From Octopus sinensis (taxonomy: Eukaryota), in assembly GCF_006345805.1 (NCBI RefSeq), contig NW_021834534.1:1-46689 (forward strand): DNA of 46,689 nucleotides, read 5' to 3'. Both the position numbers and the translations under genes were made by a program. Position 1 is the first letter of the stretch. Each line of letters starts with the position of its first letter. A model generated the notes under the pieces. It saw nothing but the letters and a program-made list of their open reading frames with translations, searched no databases and was not told the origin of the DNA. Below are positions 1-11,329 of the stretch, in pieces.

Positions 1-212
1 TATCAATTTTTCATAAATTCACACAAATTTCATTTTTTCTCCCAAAGTGTTTCATGGTTTTCGATTTGTGGTCTATGTTTTCTAAAAATTTATTTTTTAT
101 AAATCTAAGAAAAATTTATTTAGTGTTATTTAAAAATATAAAAATAATTTTATTCGACCCATTTATCTGCAGAACGTACATTGCATAAATATTAGATCAA
201 AAAATAGATTAA

Positions 213-1382
213 ATGACGCTATATTCGGATAAGGTTTTGTCGATAAGCAGTCACGTTGTTTCCGGTATTGTGGGGAACAGAGCTATCTCATTTCCAATTC
301 GAGTAATCATTTAGTTTTTCAATTTCAAAAATAGTTGATGGGGATATTAGTGGACGAAATTAATACAGTCCAGTTCAGCAACCCAACAAGTCTCATAAAT
401 GATAATCTAACGATTCTAGATTACACAAAATACGTTGGCTCAGAACTAGGGGAGAATATGTTAAAAGAAATTTACGAAACACTGAAATTTAATGATTTGA
501 ATAACTACACAAATCTTTTGACAGGTAGAAAACTAAAAAAATGTAGGCTACGCTCGAAATAATAAAATTTTAATGGAAATTAAGCAAGTAGCCAAAGATT
601 TACGAAATCAGTCAAATTTTAGAACATTCTGTATTGATTGTGCCATAAATCCACATAGATTGCGATCCTATACTTGGAGATAATGGGAAATTCGTTTGTC
701 ATTACAATTTAATTCTTAGTATCTTCCTGAAGAATTAGTGACAACATATCAAAACCACATTTTCCCATTGGCTGACGTTATTTTTCCCAATGATTTTGAA
801 GCAGAGTATATAAAGGAATGGTTAAAATCAAATAGAAAATTATCTGGGGTAAAAATAACCAACGACCCAAGCTCAATTAGAACAGTTGTGGCCAAGTTGC
901 ACGAACTGGGCCCTTCCGTAGTTATTATAAGCAGTGTCCCCTGCGATTCTGGTTTAATGACTGTGGCTTCTGAAAGAAAATCTGGTAAGCTTTAATGATT
1001 TTATTTATTCGGAAATTTTTTGATTATTTATAAAATTAAAATTAGATGGAACATTTAATTTATTCAAAATATGCTACCAAAAATCAGAAATACGATTAAT
1101 CGGGACTGGGGATTTATTTTCGTCCCTTTTTGCGTCTTATCACATTAAGAATAATGGAAATTTAGAGGTAACCAACCTAATGGTCGATTTTATAGAAAAC
1201 ACTTTTGCTCACAATTTCAGTCATTCAGGATATTATCATTGGCTCCAAACAACAACAAAATAGTTCTCCATTGGTTGGCTGTTATTTTAGAGGAGAGTAA
1301 ACAGTGCTGGATAAAAATAGAATATTTTGTATCTAATATTCTAAATCCGGACATTCGCTTTAAAACAGAGCCCTTTGACTAA
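213..1382 (+). CDS. PDXK: Pyridoxal kinase, paralog 1 (multi-exon)
   Basis: Spliced translation MTLYSDKVLSISSHVVSGIVGNRAISFPIR|LMGILVDEINTVQFSNPT..LLTG|YARN..CDPILGDNGKF|YLPEE..PLADVIFPNDFEAE|KLSG..LHELGPSVVIISS..GTGDLFSSLF..NILNPDIRFKTEPFD*. All PDXK motifs are in order. GT-AG introns include 303-334, 390-419, 525-546 and 806-835. Confidence 0.93.
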
Positions 1383-2509
1383 TTTTCTTTTAAGAAATGT
1401 TTTTTGGTTAAAAATATTTTCAGTTATATTTAGTTGGTAGATTCTCGCTGTTTCGCCTTTCTGTTACAGCATTTTGTAGTTTCATTCAACTATCTTAGGG
1501 TTGTAATTCATGTAGACCTTTTTTAATATAACTTGAATTTTGGAAAAAAATAAGAGATATAAAAATAACAATATAGCATTAAACGTCACAAACGACATTT
1601 GCCTCTGGCTTTTCGAGGTTGCGCCAGGCCAGCTTGTTCTTAATGATTACCGCAAAAACTAATGTTACAGAATTCATACAAATGGACTTGTAAAAACACA
1701 AAAAGAGGAAAACCAGGAAATTTGAGCGCGTCAGTTCAAAGAGGACAATTTAAGAAGGATAAGTTGAGGAAAACAGAAAGCGAATTTGTTGATTGCTTTT
1801 AACAAATTTACTGAGTGTTGTTTCGTGGTGAGGCTTCTTCGATGATTTTGTTTATAAAATTTTGTTTCAATACGCAACTGTTATTATTTTTGAGCACATC
1901 CAAATTTCTTAGTCCTCGAGTGAATCAATGAGTGAATCAATTTTCAGATTTTCCCCGCTGAAAGCTGCAATTCTGCGATTTTGGCAAAGTGCCATTTTTT
2001 GTTTTAATTACTCGCAGAATACCCGACCTCCTTGAACAGTTAGTCGATTGTTTTTGCAAACTTTTAAGAAATTGAAGGAGTATTAATTCGTTTTTGAAAG
2101 AAATTGAGGCAAGTCCTCTTCCAAGAGTTTTGCGATCCAAATACAACTTCTTATTTGCAACTTTTTCTATAAATAAAATAGCATTTAAAAGTCAAAAAAT
2201 TTATTTTATTTATCAATTAAAAAAATTAATAGCTAATTTTCCCTCCAATATTACATTTTTGCCTCAATTTCTTCCAGAAGTTCATTTTATAAACATAATA
2301 TTGATTAAGTACTTCGGGACATAGACTGAATAATATATTTTCTAGAATATTTATTATATTCATCGTGTCTTTGATGTTGTGATTCACAATTTCATTGAAA
2401 AAATCCTAGAACAAAATAGTCTCATTTCTACAACTAGGTTTTCAATATTTAATTTTTTAATGAATGAATTTTTGTTTTGTTTATATTTATCAAGAACAAA
2501 TAAATAGTT

Positions 2510-2731
2510 CGTCTTCCTCGCCTTCGAAACCTCTGAAATCGTCGGCAAGGCGGCGACTCAGCTCCTATCGTTGGTAGGATCAAAGATCTCGTCGAAAAAA
2601 CAACCGGATGGAGACGAGCTGGCTTTGGGTCGCTTTGCTCCGCAGAAACTGCCAGGTGTTAGAGAGGTGATCCCTATGCTCGTGACAAACACCTTTGATT
2701 TACTTTTGTATTTCTTTGTATTATTCATTAA
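2510..2731 (+). mobile_element. Severely 5'-truncated CRE-clade non-LTR retroelement (3' end only) with 12-bp TSD
   Basis: Encodes FLAFETSEIVGKAATQLLSLVGSKISSKK, the C-terminal RLE segment also seen at 17290-17396 and 43271-43500. Flanked by AAATAAATAGTT at 2498-2509 and 2732-2743. Confidence 0.78.
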
Positions 2732-2799
2732 AAATAAATAGTTTTACAAGTATAAAATAGTTTCATAAATAGTTCCACAAGTAGGGGGAATGCTTATTA

Positions 2800-3456
2800 T
2801 CGGATAGCAAGGGCTTTACTCCTGACTATACTTAGGAAGACTCACTCGGCAGTAACCCTGAGTCGCCAGTAACCCTCTTCAACAGTGACCCGATTTTTCA
2901 GAATAGGTTCCGATTAAAAGATCCCTGTATTCCAGACTGCCAGTCTCGACTGTCAGGAAATAAACACTCTGCCATTCCAAAAATAAGAATCGCGCTTTGG
3001 CCTCTTCGGATTGGATTCTGTGACTTTCGAGTAATTCTTTTATGTTCTGGACATCCCAGACCAGACATTTTTTCCTTTGAAAAGAAAAAATCGTCATCCC
3101 ATCTGGTCTTCTGCCGTCCTCGGCAAAAATCCTTGTAGGTTCTAGCTTTACGTGGAATCCGGAATTAAGAAGTGACTGAGAAAGCATCCAATTCCGTGAC
3201 GACATGAGGAGTGATAATCAAGCTCATATGTTTGGGCAATACGGGTAAACCAATCATCACAGTGGCAACCAGCTGTTTCAAAAAATAAAATTTTGGCCAA
3301 GCACGGCATAGAGGCAAACTTCTCATTTTTAAGCATGCCAGCTATCCCTAATCTATGCGTTCGTTCAATTCTTCGTACGCTTTGTCGTTGATGAACGATG
3401 TTCATTAAGATTGGCGAGTTGTATTTGATAAAATAAGCAGTGCCGGTTTTTTCCAA
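2800..3456 (-). mobile_element. Degenerate CRE-clade retroelement, zinc-knuckle and RLE endonuclease region
   Basis: LEPTRIFAEDGRRPDGMTIFSFQRKKCLVWDV parallels [32 protein letters not shown] of the large CRE at about 14070-14170. The upstream frame has C-x-C...H-x-x-C remnants. Frameshifted. Confidence 0.75.
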
Positions 3457-3596
3457 ATGGTAAGGTTTACTAATTTGAATCTTTATGGAATTTTTTTACT
3501 AATTTTGTAGACAGATATTTATTTCTTTTTAATTCGTATCCAAAAATTTATTTGAAAAGTCCAGATAAAATTGATTTTTAATTATTGCGTCTGCTT

Positions 3597-3965
3597 TCAG
3601 TCGATTCTCCTCCTCTTCGAGCCCGGGCAAGTGTCTTCGACGGGTACACTTATCCATTTTACAGGACAGGCCACTTTTGTGGTTGTTCTCAAGTCCGATT
3701 TAACTGCATGATTCGCCGCTGTAGGAAGGAGTTTATACTCCGGGCGCATGCTTTCCAATGTTCTCTTGATCACGATTGACTGGATATAAGCTCGCGTAGA
3801 TTCCTGGACTTGTAAAGAGTTCTGGTAGTGTTTATAGAATCTGGATGTTATTCCATCCCACGTAATAACCAACGGTATGACATTCACCTTTGCATTATGG
3901 ATTACCTTCAATTCGTTCGCCAAAAGGTCATATTTATGTAATTTCTCTACTTCTACATGCTTCCT
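3597..3965 (-). mobile_element. 3' fragment of a second RLE-type non-LTR retroelement (R4/NeSL-like C-terminus)
   Basis: KHVEVEKLHKYDLLANELKVIHNAKVNVIPLVITWDGITSRFYKHYQNSL..RAYIQSIVIKRTLES matches the EK-x-x-KY-x-x-LA...IP-x-V-x-TWDG C-terminal pattern of RLE retroelements. Confidence 0.7.
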
Positions 3966-5099
3966 TTTTAATTCGTATATAGTAATACAAATAAATCATA
4001 TCAATTTTCAGATAAATTGATTATTTATTTTATTAAGAGCTAGATAACTCAAATTACAAATATCAATAACGCAACGCGAGTTCATAAAGTATTTAACGAA
4101 ATCAATAAAACTATTAAAAAGCAGGCAATCAAAAATAAAAATTATTTTTTGAGAAGCCAATCAATGCTGAAATCTGGAGGATCGTCTAAAAAAGTTTATA
4201 TTAGTTAAATCACCTTTTTTGACATTTCTTAAATGTCCATCTAATAGAAATGTAAAATTACTTTTAAAAACCATTCAAATTTGGAATTACATGATAAATT
4301 CGTTTTTCTTCTGGTATTAACGTATTTAACAAATAAGCTGTGTATGTTCGAGATTTATCAAGAACATCTAAATAAAATCATTTTCAAATAAATCAAACAA
4401 ATGTTATGGTAGTCAGGATCACTGAAATAGTCGTTTCGTATTACGCAGTAATTATTTCTTTGAAAATCCCAATCATTTTGAAAGTGATGCTCACTTCGAT
4501 TAAACCCACTGCGATTCCATCCGCCAAAGTAAGACTGTCTTGAATCATTTCTCAAATTTTTATGGGTACTGAAATAGCTGTGCATGTTGCTCTGTTTGTA
4601 CATATCTGCTTCTGATTTTATCGTTTGGATCTTATACCTGAATTGCCCTCGTTTTGGCATTTACATGGAATTCTCATACAATTACAGTTAGGGTTAACTC
4701 CTGCCATTTTTGTACGTCAAAGTCTAAATAATGTTGGCAGTATTTATAGTCGGATTGGGCCGTTTCGACTTAATAAAGTCGGCATTTCAAACAAAGTCTA
4801 GAATTTTCTTACTCTGAATGAAAAATCAAAGGAAAAAGACTGGCATTGACGGCTAGCTTAATTTTATTGTAAGAAAACATCTTTTTAAATAATCTTTTTT
4901 TGAAGGAAGCGGACTTTAGTTTATTTTATTGTTTATTTGGGAAAACTGGTGAATAAATAAACAAAAAAATTAGATTTTAGACTAAATTGAAATAATAATT
5001 AATGATTTTATAAAATGATAATAAATCTGATACTTTTACATCGTTTAAAACGCGTGTTTATATTATTAGCAATACCCAATGTCATTGGTCATGAACAAA

Positions 5100-5261
5100 C
5101 ATGGTTTTGAGGTCCTAATCAAGGACAACCGGCAATATTAAAAATGCTGGAATGGTATTTATTGACTGTTTGCATTCATTACACTAATTTTAATATTATT
5201 TATTGAATCGCTGCCAATTTGGTTATGTTTGATGAAATAAATAGCTAGTGAATTTGAACCA
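5100..5261 (+). pseudogene. Possible 5.8S 3' remnant plus ITS2 upstream of the 28S fragment
   Basis: CATGGTTTTGAGGTC (5100-5114) is partly complementary to the 28S 5' end CCTCAGCCAAGCATG (about 5263-5277), as expected for the 5.8S/28S proximal stem. The signal is weak and degenerate. Confidence 0.3.
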
Positions 5262-5488
5262 GCCTCAGCCAAGCATGACTACCCGCTGAACTAAGCATAT
5301 CATTAAGCTGAGGAAAAGAAACCAACCGGGATTCTCGTAGTAATGGCGAATGAATTGAGAATAGTCCATCGCTGAATCGTAGTTCAACTACGAACTGTGG
5401 AGTTTGTGGTGCTATTAGGAAATGTATACAGTACCAAATTCTATCAAACGGGACTTCCCAGAAAAAATGAAATGGCTGTAGTAACTGT
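5262..5488 (+). pseudogene. 28S (LSU) rRNA pseudogene fragment A: 5' end and D1
   Basis: GACTACCCGCTGAACT-AAGCATATCATTAAGCTGAGGAAAAGAAACCAACCGGGATTCTCGTAGTAATGGCGAATGAA is the universal LSU 5' signature, with several substitutions. Confidence 0.88.
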
Positions 5489-6408
5489 CCATATAACACA
5501 TCTAACAACCTTAACTCAATTTATTGCAGATAGTTTCAACAACTTCAAACCTCCTCAAAGAACTATACTTGTGTCGGTTGATTTCACTAAGGCCTTTGAT
5601 CGCACTTCGAGCCCGTTCTGAGTAACAAAATTGCAATGACCGATATCCCAGGAACCCTAAAACGCTGGCTAACAACTTTTTTATTGGGCCGCTTAGGCCA
5701 AACAGGAATCAAGTCGAATTTTCGATACCTACTCAATAGAGTTTCCAAGGCTCAGTGCTATCACCAGCTCTCTTCAACCTCCACTTAAGTGACGCACCAG
5801 TCACCAAGAACACCCTACTACTTTCATACGCAGACGACATAATCATTGCATCAAGAGATACCAATCTATCAACGGCCACAAACCATTCACAGTCTCATCT
5901 GGATTCCAATGCTGTCTGGTTTACCATTAACTACATCTCACCATCTAAATCGACTGCAACGCTTTTCACCACGAAAAAACGTGAACTCAGTCATGAACCC
6001 TCACCCTTAAGACAAAAAAAGATCGGCTCTAAAATACAATTTTATCTCTACGAGGGCCATCTGGAGATTAACACCGAACTGAATACTCTAAGAACCTTCT
6101 CCAGAAATCGCTGAATCAGAATCAATACTGCCAAGAAAGGAACGTGTGACTCTCGCAAGACTTCGCTACGGACATCACCCCTGCTTTGGACGCGATTTCA
6201 TAAGAAAAACCAGACAGAGGCCCTGACACGTGTATAATCTCTACCCGATCTCAGTCCACCACTTTTTTTCATATCCCGGACTACCGGAAATTTTGCTATC
6301 TCGCGCAGCGCTTCGGAATCTCTGGGAGCAATCAGCCCAGGCTGTGTGTCGTTTAATAGCCGCCAGGTTCCTGCATGTCGGGAAGTTCAGGGCTACTAAC
6401 TAATTAAC
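5489..6408 (+). mobile_element. 5'-truncated non-LTR retroelement (RT plus C-terminal domain) inserted in 28S D1, 7-bp TSD
   Basis: RT motifs PPQRTILVSVDFTKAFD, (QG)SVLSPALFN and SYADDIII, plus C-terminal ERVTLARLRYGHHP; frameshifted. The 3' tail is GGGCTAC-TAAC-TAAT-TAAC. TAACTGT occurs at 5482-5488 and 6409-6415. Clade not resolved. Confidence 0.85.
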
Positions 6409-6575
6409 TAACTGTGTACGGATTCCTGAAAGCATCTTTAGAGTCGGTTTGCTTGTGAGTGCAGGTTTAAATGGATGGAAAGCTTCACTAATAAATGCAC
6501 GAGTTCAATAGCAAACAAGTACCATGAGGGAAAGTTGAAAAAATTTTTAAGAAAAGGGTTAAAAGTGCGTGAAAC
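6409..6575 (+). pseudogene. 28S rRNA pseudogene fragment B (end of D1 to the conserved core before D2)
   Basis: GAGTCGGTTTGCTTGTGAGTGCAG...ATAGCAAACAAGTACCATGAGGGAAAGTTGAAAA...GCGTGAAAC is the conserved LSU segment following D1 and is collinear with fragment A. Confidence 0.88.
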
Positions 6576-6580
6576 AGGAA

Positions 6581-6760
6581 ACTATCAGCATTCTATCAAA
6601 ACCACAAACGGGGTAACGGGCCCATAACAATCAGCGGGGAAAGAAGACCATGTTGAGCTTGGACTCTAGATTGGCATTATATAAGGATATCGGAATATAG
6701 TAATAGGTGGGAGCTGTTCTGCAGTGTCAATGTAAAATTACTCACCTTCTTACTGATTCA
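6581..6760 (+). pseudogene. 28S rRNA pseudogene fragment C (3' half, just downstream of the R1/R2 target region)
   Basis: AAACCACA..GGGTAACGGG..AATCAGCGGGGAAAGAAGACCATGTTGAGCTTGGACTCTAG..AATAGGTGGGAG matches the conserved LSU 3' core. It is joined to fragment B across a deletion of roughly 2 kb of normal 28S. Confidence 0.82.
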
Positions 6761-7115
6761 GTAACACCGTGTTTCCTTAATGGGAAAGTTTGCAGAAAAC
6801 TATGATATATTGCATTATTTCCAAGTGGTCACTTTTTTTCTGCATTTTAAATAAAAATTTGTAATCAATTTATCGTTGTTGCATTTTCCTACATCTTATC
6901 TAGAAAATAAATAATACGTGACATACAAATATTTTTTATATTAAATATTTATATGTATATTTTAATAAATGTGATTTATTATTTATTTTATATCACGTGT
7001 TTGTTGTGTTATGTCCGTCCCGTTAGTTCCTTTTTCATTATATCTGAATATAAATTATTTTTATCTCGCTATATTAATTGAAATACTAAATTAAATTAAT
7101 TATATATACTTTTAG

Positions 7116-7584
7116 AACTCAAGCCTGTACATTTTCTGGTTTCAAGATTTATCCAGGACATGGGCGAACGAATATTCGCCGTGACGGAAAAACTCTCCAT
7201 TTTATCACTGCAAAGACATTCGGAACTTACAAGCAGAATTCCAAGCCTCATAACATCCGTTGGACCGTGTTCTACCGCAGGAAACACAATAAGACAAAAA
7301 TAAAATCTGAAAGTAGGAACAAGTCTAGAAAAACTACGAAATTTACACGTCCGATACTCGGAATGGGGCTGGCTGAGATTTTAGCCAAAACGCAGAAGAG
7401 AACGCAAATCAAAGAAGCAGCCAACGCTAAGGCCGCAAAGTAATATTTTATTCTTTGATTTAGAATTGCCACTGAACGTAAAAAACTTAGGGAGACTTCT
7501 CGTCCGAAGGTCCAAAGTCATCCGATGAAGACTCAGAATATGCCAAAGGCTGCCAAGGTTCCAACTAAGAAAAAATTTCATTAA
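7116..7584 (+). CDS. RPL24: 60S ribosomal protein L24 (eL24); first micro-exon with ATG not fixed
   Basis: TQACTFSGFKIYPGHGRTNIRRDGK..KPHNIRWTVFYRRKHNK..FTRPILGMGLAEILAK. 24-nt intron at 7440-7463; stop TAA at 7582-7584. Missed by the ORF track. Confidence 0.95.
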
Positions 7585-8040
7585 TAAATTAATCATTTTT
7601 TCCTTGTAATACAATTTTTTCTTTTAAATGGGAAATTCCTTGTTAATTAATTATCAAAAACTTATGAAATAATAATTTTTTCCGTTAGTATCGAAATTAC
7701 AAAATCTTTATGATCTTGTTTCCTCTTTTTTCCTATTTTTCATTTAAATGTTGGACATTTTTGTCGTTTTGCCAAAAAATGAGCAAGTCTTCTTAAAAAA
7801 TATGTTTCATGTGATTTATGGGAACTGTATGACCTGGAAGCCTTCAATATCGTTGATCCGTGCAATGGCAATTAACCTCGAGTCTTTCAATCTGATTTGA
7901 AAACTGTCTTCAAATCTCTTTTTTTCTATCGGAAAATTCATAACAAGGCTTTCGAAATTAGTAATTCTCATTAATATATTTATTATAAAATGAATACCAC
8001 GTTTAAAAATGTATAATATCATTTATTTAAATATTTTTGT

Positions 8041-9248
8041 GTTCACTATTAAAGAATAGTGAACGTCAAATTTTTGTGAACATAAAAATATTAAATTTAA
8101 TATTTTTACATATATATATTTAAAATTCTTTAAAATGAATAAACTACACGTTCTACAGTTGTTAGCATGGTGGAAAATCGAAAACGCCTGTTATTTTTTC
8201 AAAAGAAGGAAATAATCGAATTTTATAATAAATATAGACATTACACACAGCGCGATTTATCCCTTTATTTCAATGTTTCTCTGGGCTGCATAAACAAAAT
8301 TTTGAAAAATTCTGAAGGAATACTTAATGTTCAAGATGACCAGAAAAAGAAGAAAATTTACTTGCCCAAGTCTCAACCATTCGACAGAGATTTATTTAAA
8401 TGGTTCGTTAAAAAACGATCATTTGGATTTACAATCAATGAATATCTTTTGAAGTCCATGTCTCTAAAAATGGCGAAAGTTTGTAATATTCAAGGATTTC
8501 AAGCATCAAATGGATGGCTTGAGAAATTTAAAAATCGATATTGCATTGCTTCCCGTGCTTTATGTGGGGAAAATCAATTTGTTGAAACCTCTGTGATTGA
8601 AAATTTTACAGAAAGCCTCAATAGAAAATTAGAACAATATTGTTCAAAAAATATTTTTAATTTGGACGAAATTGGATTCTTTTTAAACTTTTGTCGAACA
8701 GAACACTAGCTGTTGACTCGGACAAAAATCTGTCTAATAAACCGATAAAAGAAGAGTAACTGTTATGTTTTGCGTTAGTATGATGGGAGAAAAAGAATAG
8801 AATATGGTTTATTTATGGTTTATCCCTATGATGGGAGAAAAACTTGACCCATTTGTTATTGGAACAGCCAAAAATCCACGCTGCTTTAAAGGAAGAAGAA
8901 ATTTAATTAATAATTTACAAGTGGAATACAAATCAAATAAAAAAGCATGGATGACATATGGCTAGTGAATATGAAGCTAGTGAATATGCGAAGGCGCTTG
9001 AATTATGGTTTCTTGAGAATGATTATGAACAAAGAGGAAAAGTATACGAAATACAAAAAATTTTAAGAAATTATCAAACTAATCATTCTCAAAAAATCAC
9101 CGATTACATGATTAAAATCTCTAAATAATCTTTGTAATTATACTTTAATATTGTTTATTGTTATTTTGATTCCTTTTGTTCACTATAGACAATAGTGAAC
9201 ATGATGTTTTGACGTGGACATTTTGTTCATTATAGAGAGGGTTGACTG
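8041..9248 (+). mobile_element. Tigger/pogo DNA transposon, degenerate (CENP-B HTH plus partial DDE)
   Basis: ORF 8167-8709 has FQASNGWLEKFKNR and NIFNLDE; later frames give IGTAKNPRCFK..NKKAWMT. The right TIR ends ...AGAGAGGGTTGACTG followed by TA. Subterminal GTTCACTAT/ATAGTGAAC boxes occur at both ends; the left terminus is eroded. Confidence 0.85.
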
Positions 9249-9272
9249 TACCTAGTTGTCGGATTCTAATTA

Positions 9273-10361
9273 CAGTATAACCTCCATTTGGGGCAGACCT
9301 CTGGCTTGGGGAACCTCTATTTTTGGGGAAACCTCTATTTTTGGGGTAGTTTGAAAAGGATATAATTTTTATGCGGTAATTTCCAAATTTAGAAATTACC
9401 GGAACCTCTAAGTGGGGCACAGGATTTTTAATTTATATACATATTTGCTATTAAAATTAAAATTAATTATATAAAATTTCATTTGGAAGCCTCGTGTAAT
9501 TTTTGTATTCTTGTTGTTATGGCTCGTAAGCTTAGTCTTGAGTTAAAGATCAAAATTGCCAAGGAATTAAGTGAAAATAAACATCTTACTGAACGAGATA
9601 TTGTAGATAAGTACAAAATTAGTAAAGGTTTTTTATTAATGTAAGTTTTTAGGCGCTGTGTCACGTATTAAAAAAAATTATCTCAATTTTTTTAATACTG
9701 GGGCTGTTCAAACAGATTTTCCCAGAAATATTCAACGCTCTCCTCATACTTTATCCCAAAATTGGATAAAATTTTTTTGAGGCTTTCACCAAGACAAGGG
9801 AAGAATTTATTCCTGTGTCCGGTCCTCTTTTAAAAAATTGCTTCCAAAGTAGCAAGGATGTTGAATTATTCGGCGTTCAAAGGGTCCAATGGCTGGTTGG
9901 AAAAATTTAAGAAAAGACATATGTTGTCATTTAAGACAATTAGTGGAGAGAAAAACTCTTCCGATGTTTCTTCGCTTGATATGTTTTTTTCCAAGTATGA
10001 TGAATACGTAAAAGAATATGGTCTTCAAAATATTTTTAATTGGGACGAAACTGGTTTCAGAAAAATATTGGACATACATATGAAGAAATCTGCAACAGGA
10101 AACAAAATAACAGATTATTTTCGTGTATAATAGAATAAAAATTTTTTTCTACTTGAAAAATACTCTAATTATCAATAAAATTAGTGGAAAACATGTTTAA
10201 ATGTTCTTAAAAATACTTTATTTATTTATAAATAATGAAAAATATGCTAAAACTATTAAAATTTTTATAAAATAAAGCAAATTTCAGACCTCCATTTTTG
10301 GGGAAACCTCTATTTTTGGGGCAATTTTTCAAAATTGATGCCCCAAATGGAGGTTATACTG
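9273..10361 (+). mobile_element. Tigger/pogo non-autonomous deletion derivative with intact ends
   Basis: Perfect 23-bp TIR CAGTATAACCTCCATTTGGGGCA (9273-9295 and 10339-10361) with TA TSD on both sides, and repeated ACCTCTATTTTTGGGG subterminal boxes. Transposase remnants include RKLSLELKIKIAKEL, FKGSNGWLEKFKKRH and NIFNWDETG. Confidence 0.93.
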
Positions 10362-10364
10362 TAC

Positions 10365-11000
10365 CATGTAACTGCAGAAAAACCCAATGAAAAATTCCAG
10401 GCGGATCTTATGGATGTTAGAAGATATAAAGAGTTTGACGATGGATGTAATTGGATACTGACAATTATTGACATCTACAGCAAATTTGTTGTCTGCAAAT
10501 CTTTAAAAAATAAAACTGCTTCTGGTAAGACTTACAATTTAATTGAAGAAGTGGTGAATAAATTCCAAAAATTGTTTTATCAAATTGGATATTGTCAGAT
10601 CTTGCAAACGGACAACGGGCTGGAATTCAAAAACCAACTTATGGCTCAACTATGCGAGGAATAAATTTGAAATAAATTAGGGTGTAATTGAGCGCTTTAA
10701 CTAGATATTGACACGTGGTATGGCAAAACTGATGGATGAAGAAGGAACTAAAAATTGGATACAATACGGCGGACATATTACGAACAAATTTCGACCTCTC
10801 TAAAATCAAATTATACAACATGCTACTGAAACCGGTCTTATTGTACAATTTCTCTACATAAAAAATACGTAAAAATTGGAAACAATTTTTAGACAAAGTA
10901 ACTTTTTCCTATAATACGACACACCACTCGGCGATCAATGAGACCCCCTTCACAAGTTTAGGGGTATTTCTGGAATTAACACTGTGATTCATGAAATACC
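10365..11000 (+). mobile_element. Degenerate retroviral-type (rve) integrase of a Ginger/GIN-like DNA transposon
   Basis: FQADLMD..WILTIIDIYSKF..ILQTDNGLEFKN..GVIERFN..THSAINETPF, a DDE core with stops and frameshifts. No RT or LTR nearby. Confidence 0.75.
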
Positions 11001-11329
11001 AGGTTATAATCTTATTTATAATTTAGATGAAAATAACGAGGCATCGTTTGTCGAAGATGAACTTAATGGTAAATTTACGATGTATTTATTTTTAGAAACG
11101 AATAATAAAAAATTGTAGGACGAATCCGTCATTGAAGCTACACAGATTTGAATCCTTATATGAAGAAAATGGAAAATTAAAAATATAATGTCTAATACAG
11201 ATTAATGGTTATTTGTCTTCCTAACAAACATTTAGATCGATTACGAAATAGTTACTATGAATAGAGATAAAAAATGTTAAGTTTTTTGATTTTTAGCAAT
11301 TATCTTTAGTCAGTAATTAGTGTCAAACT

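Noticed and set aside
1420-2190. Possible spliced gene on the minus strand, convergent with PDXK1
   Set aside because: Exon-like stretches exist, but I could not build a continuous model or recognise a homolog.
4358-4660. 100-aa minus-strand ORF
   Set aside because: No recognisable family. It could be a decayed part of the RLE element at 3597-3965, but the similarity is too weak to call.
7816-8022. 68-aa minus-strand ORF
   Set aside because: No motif or homology recognised, and no supporting exon structure.
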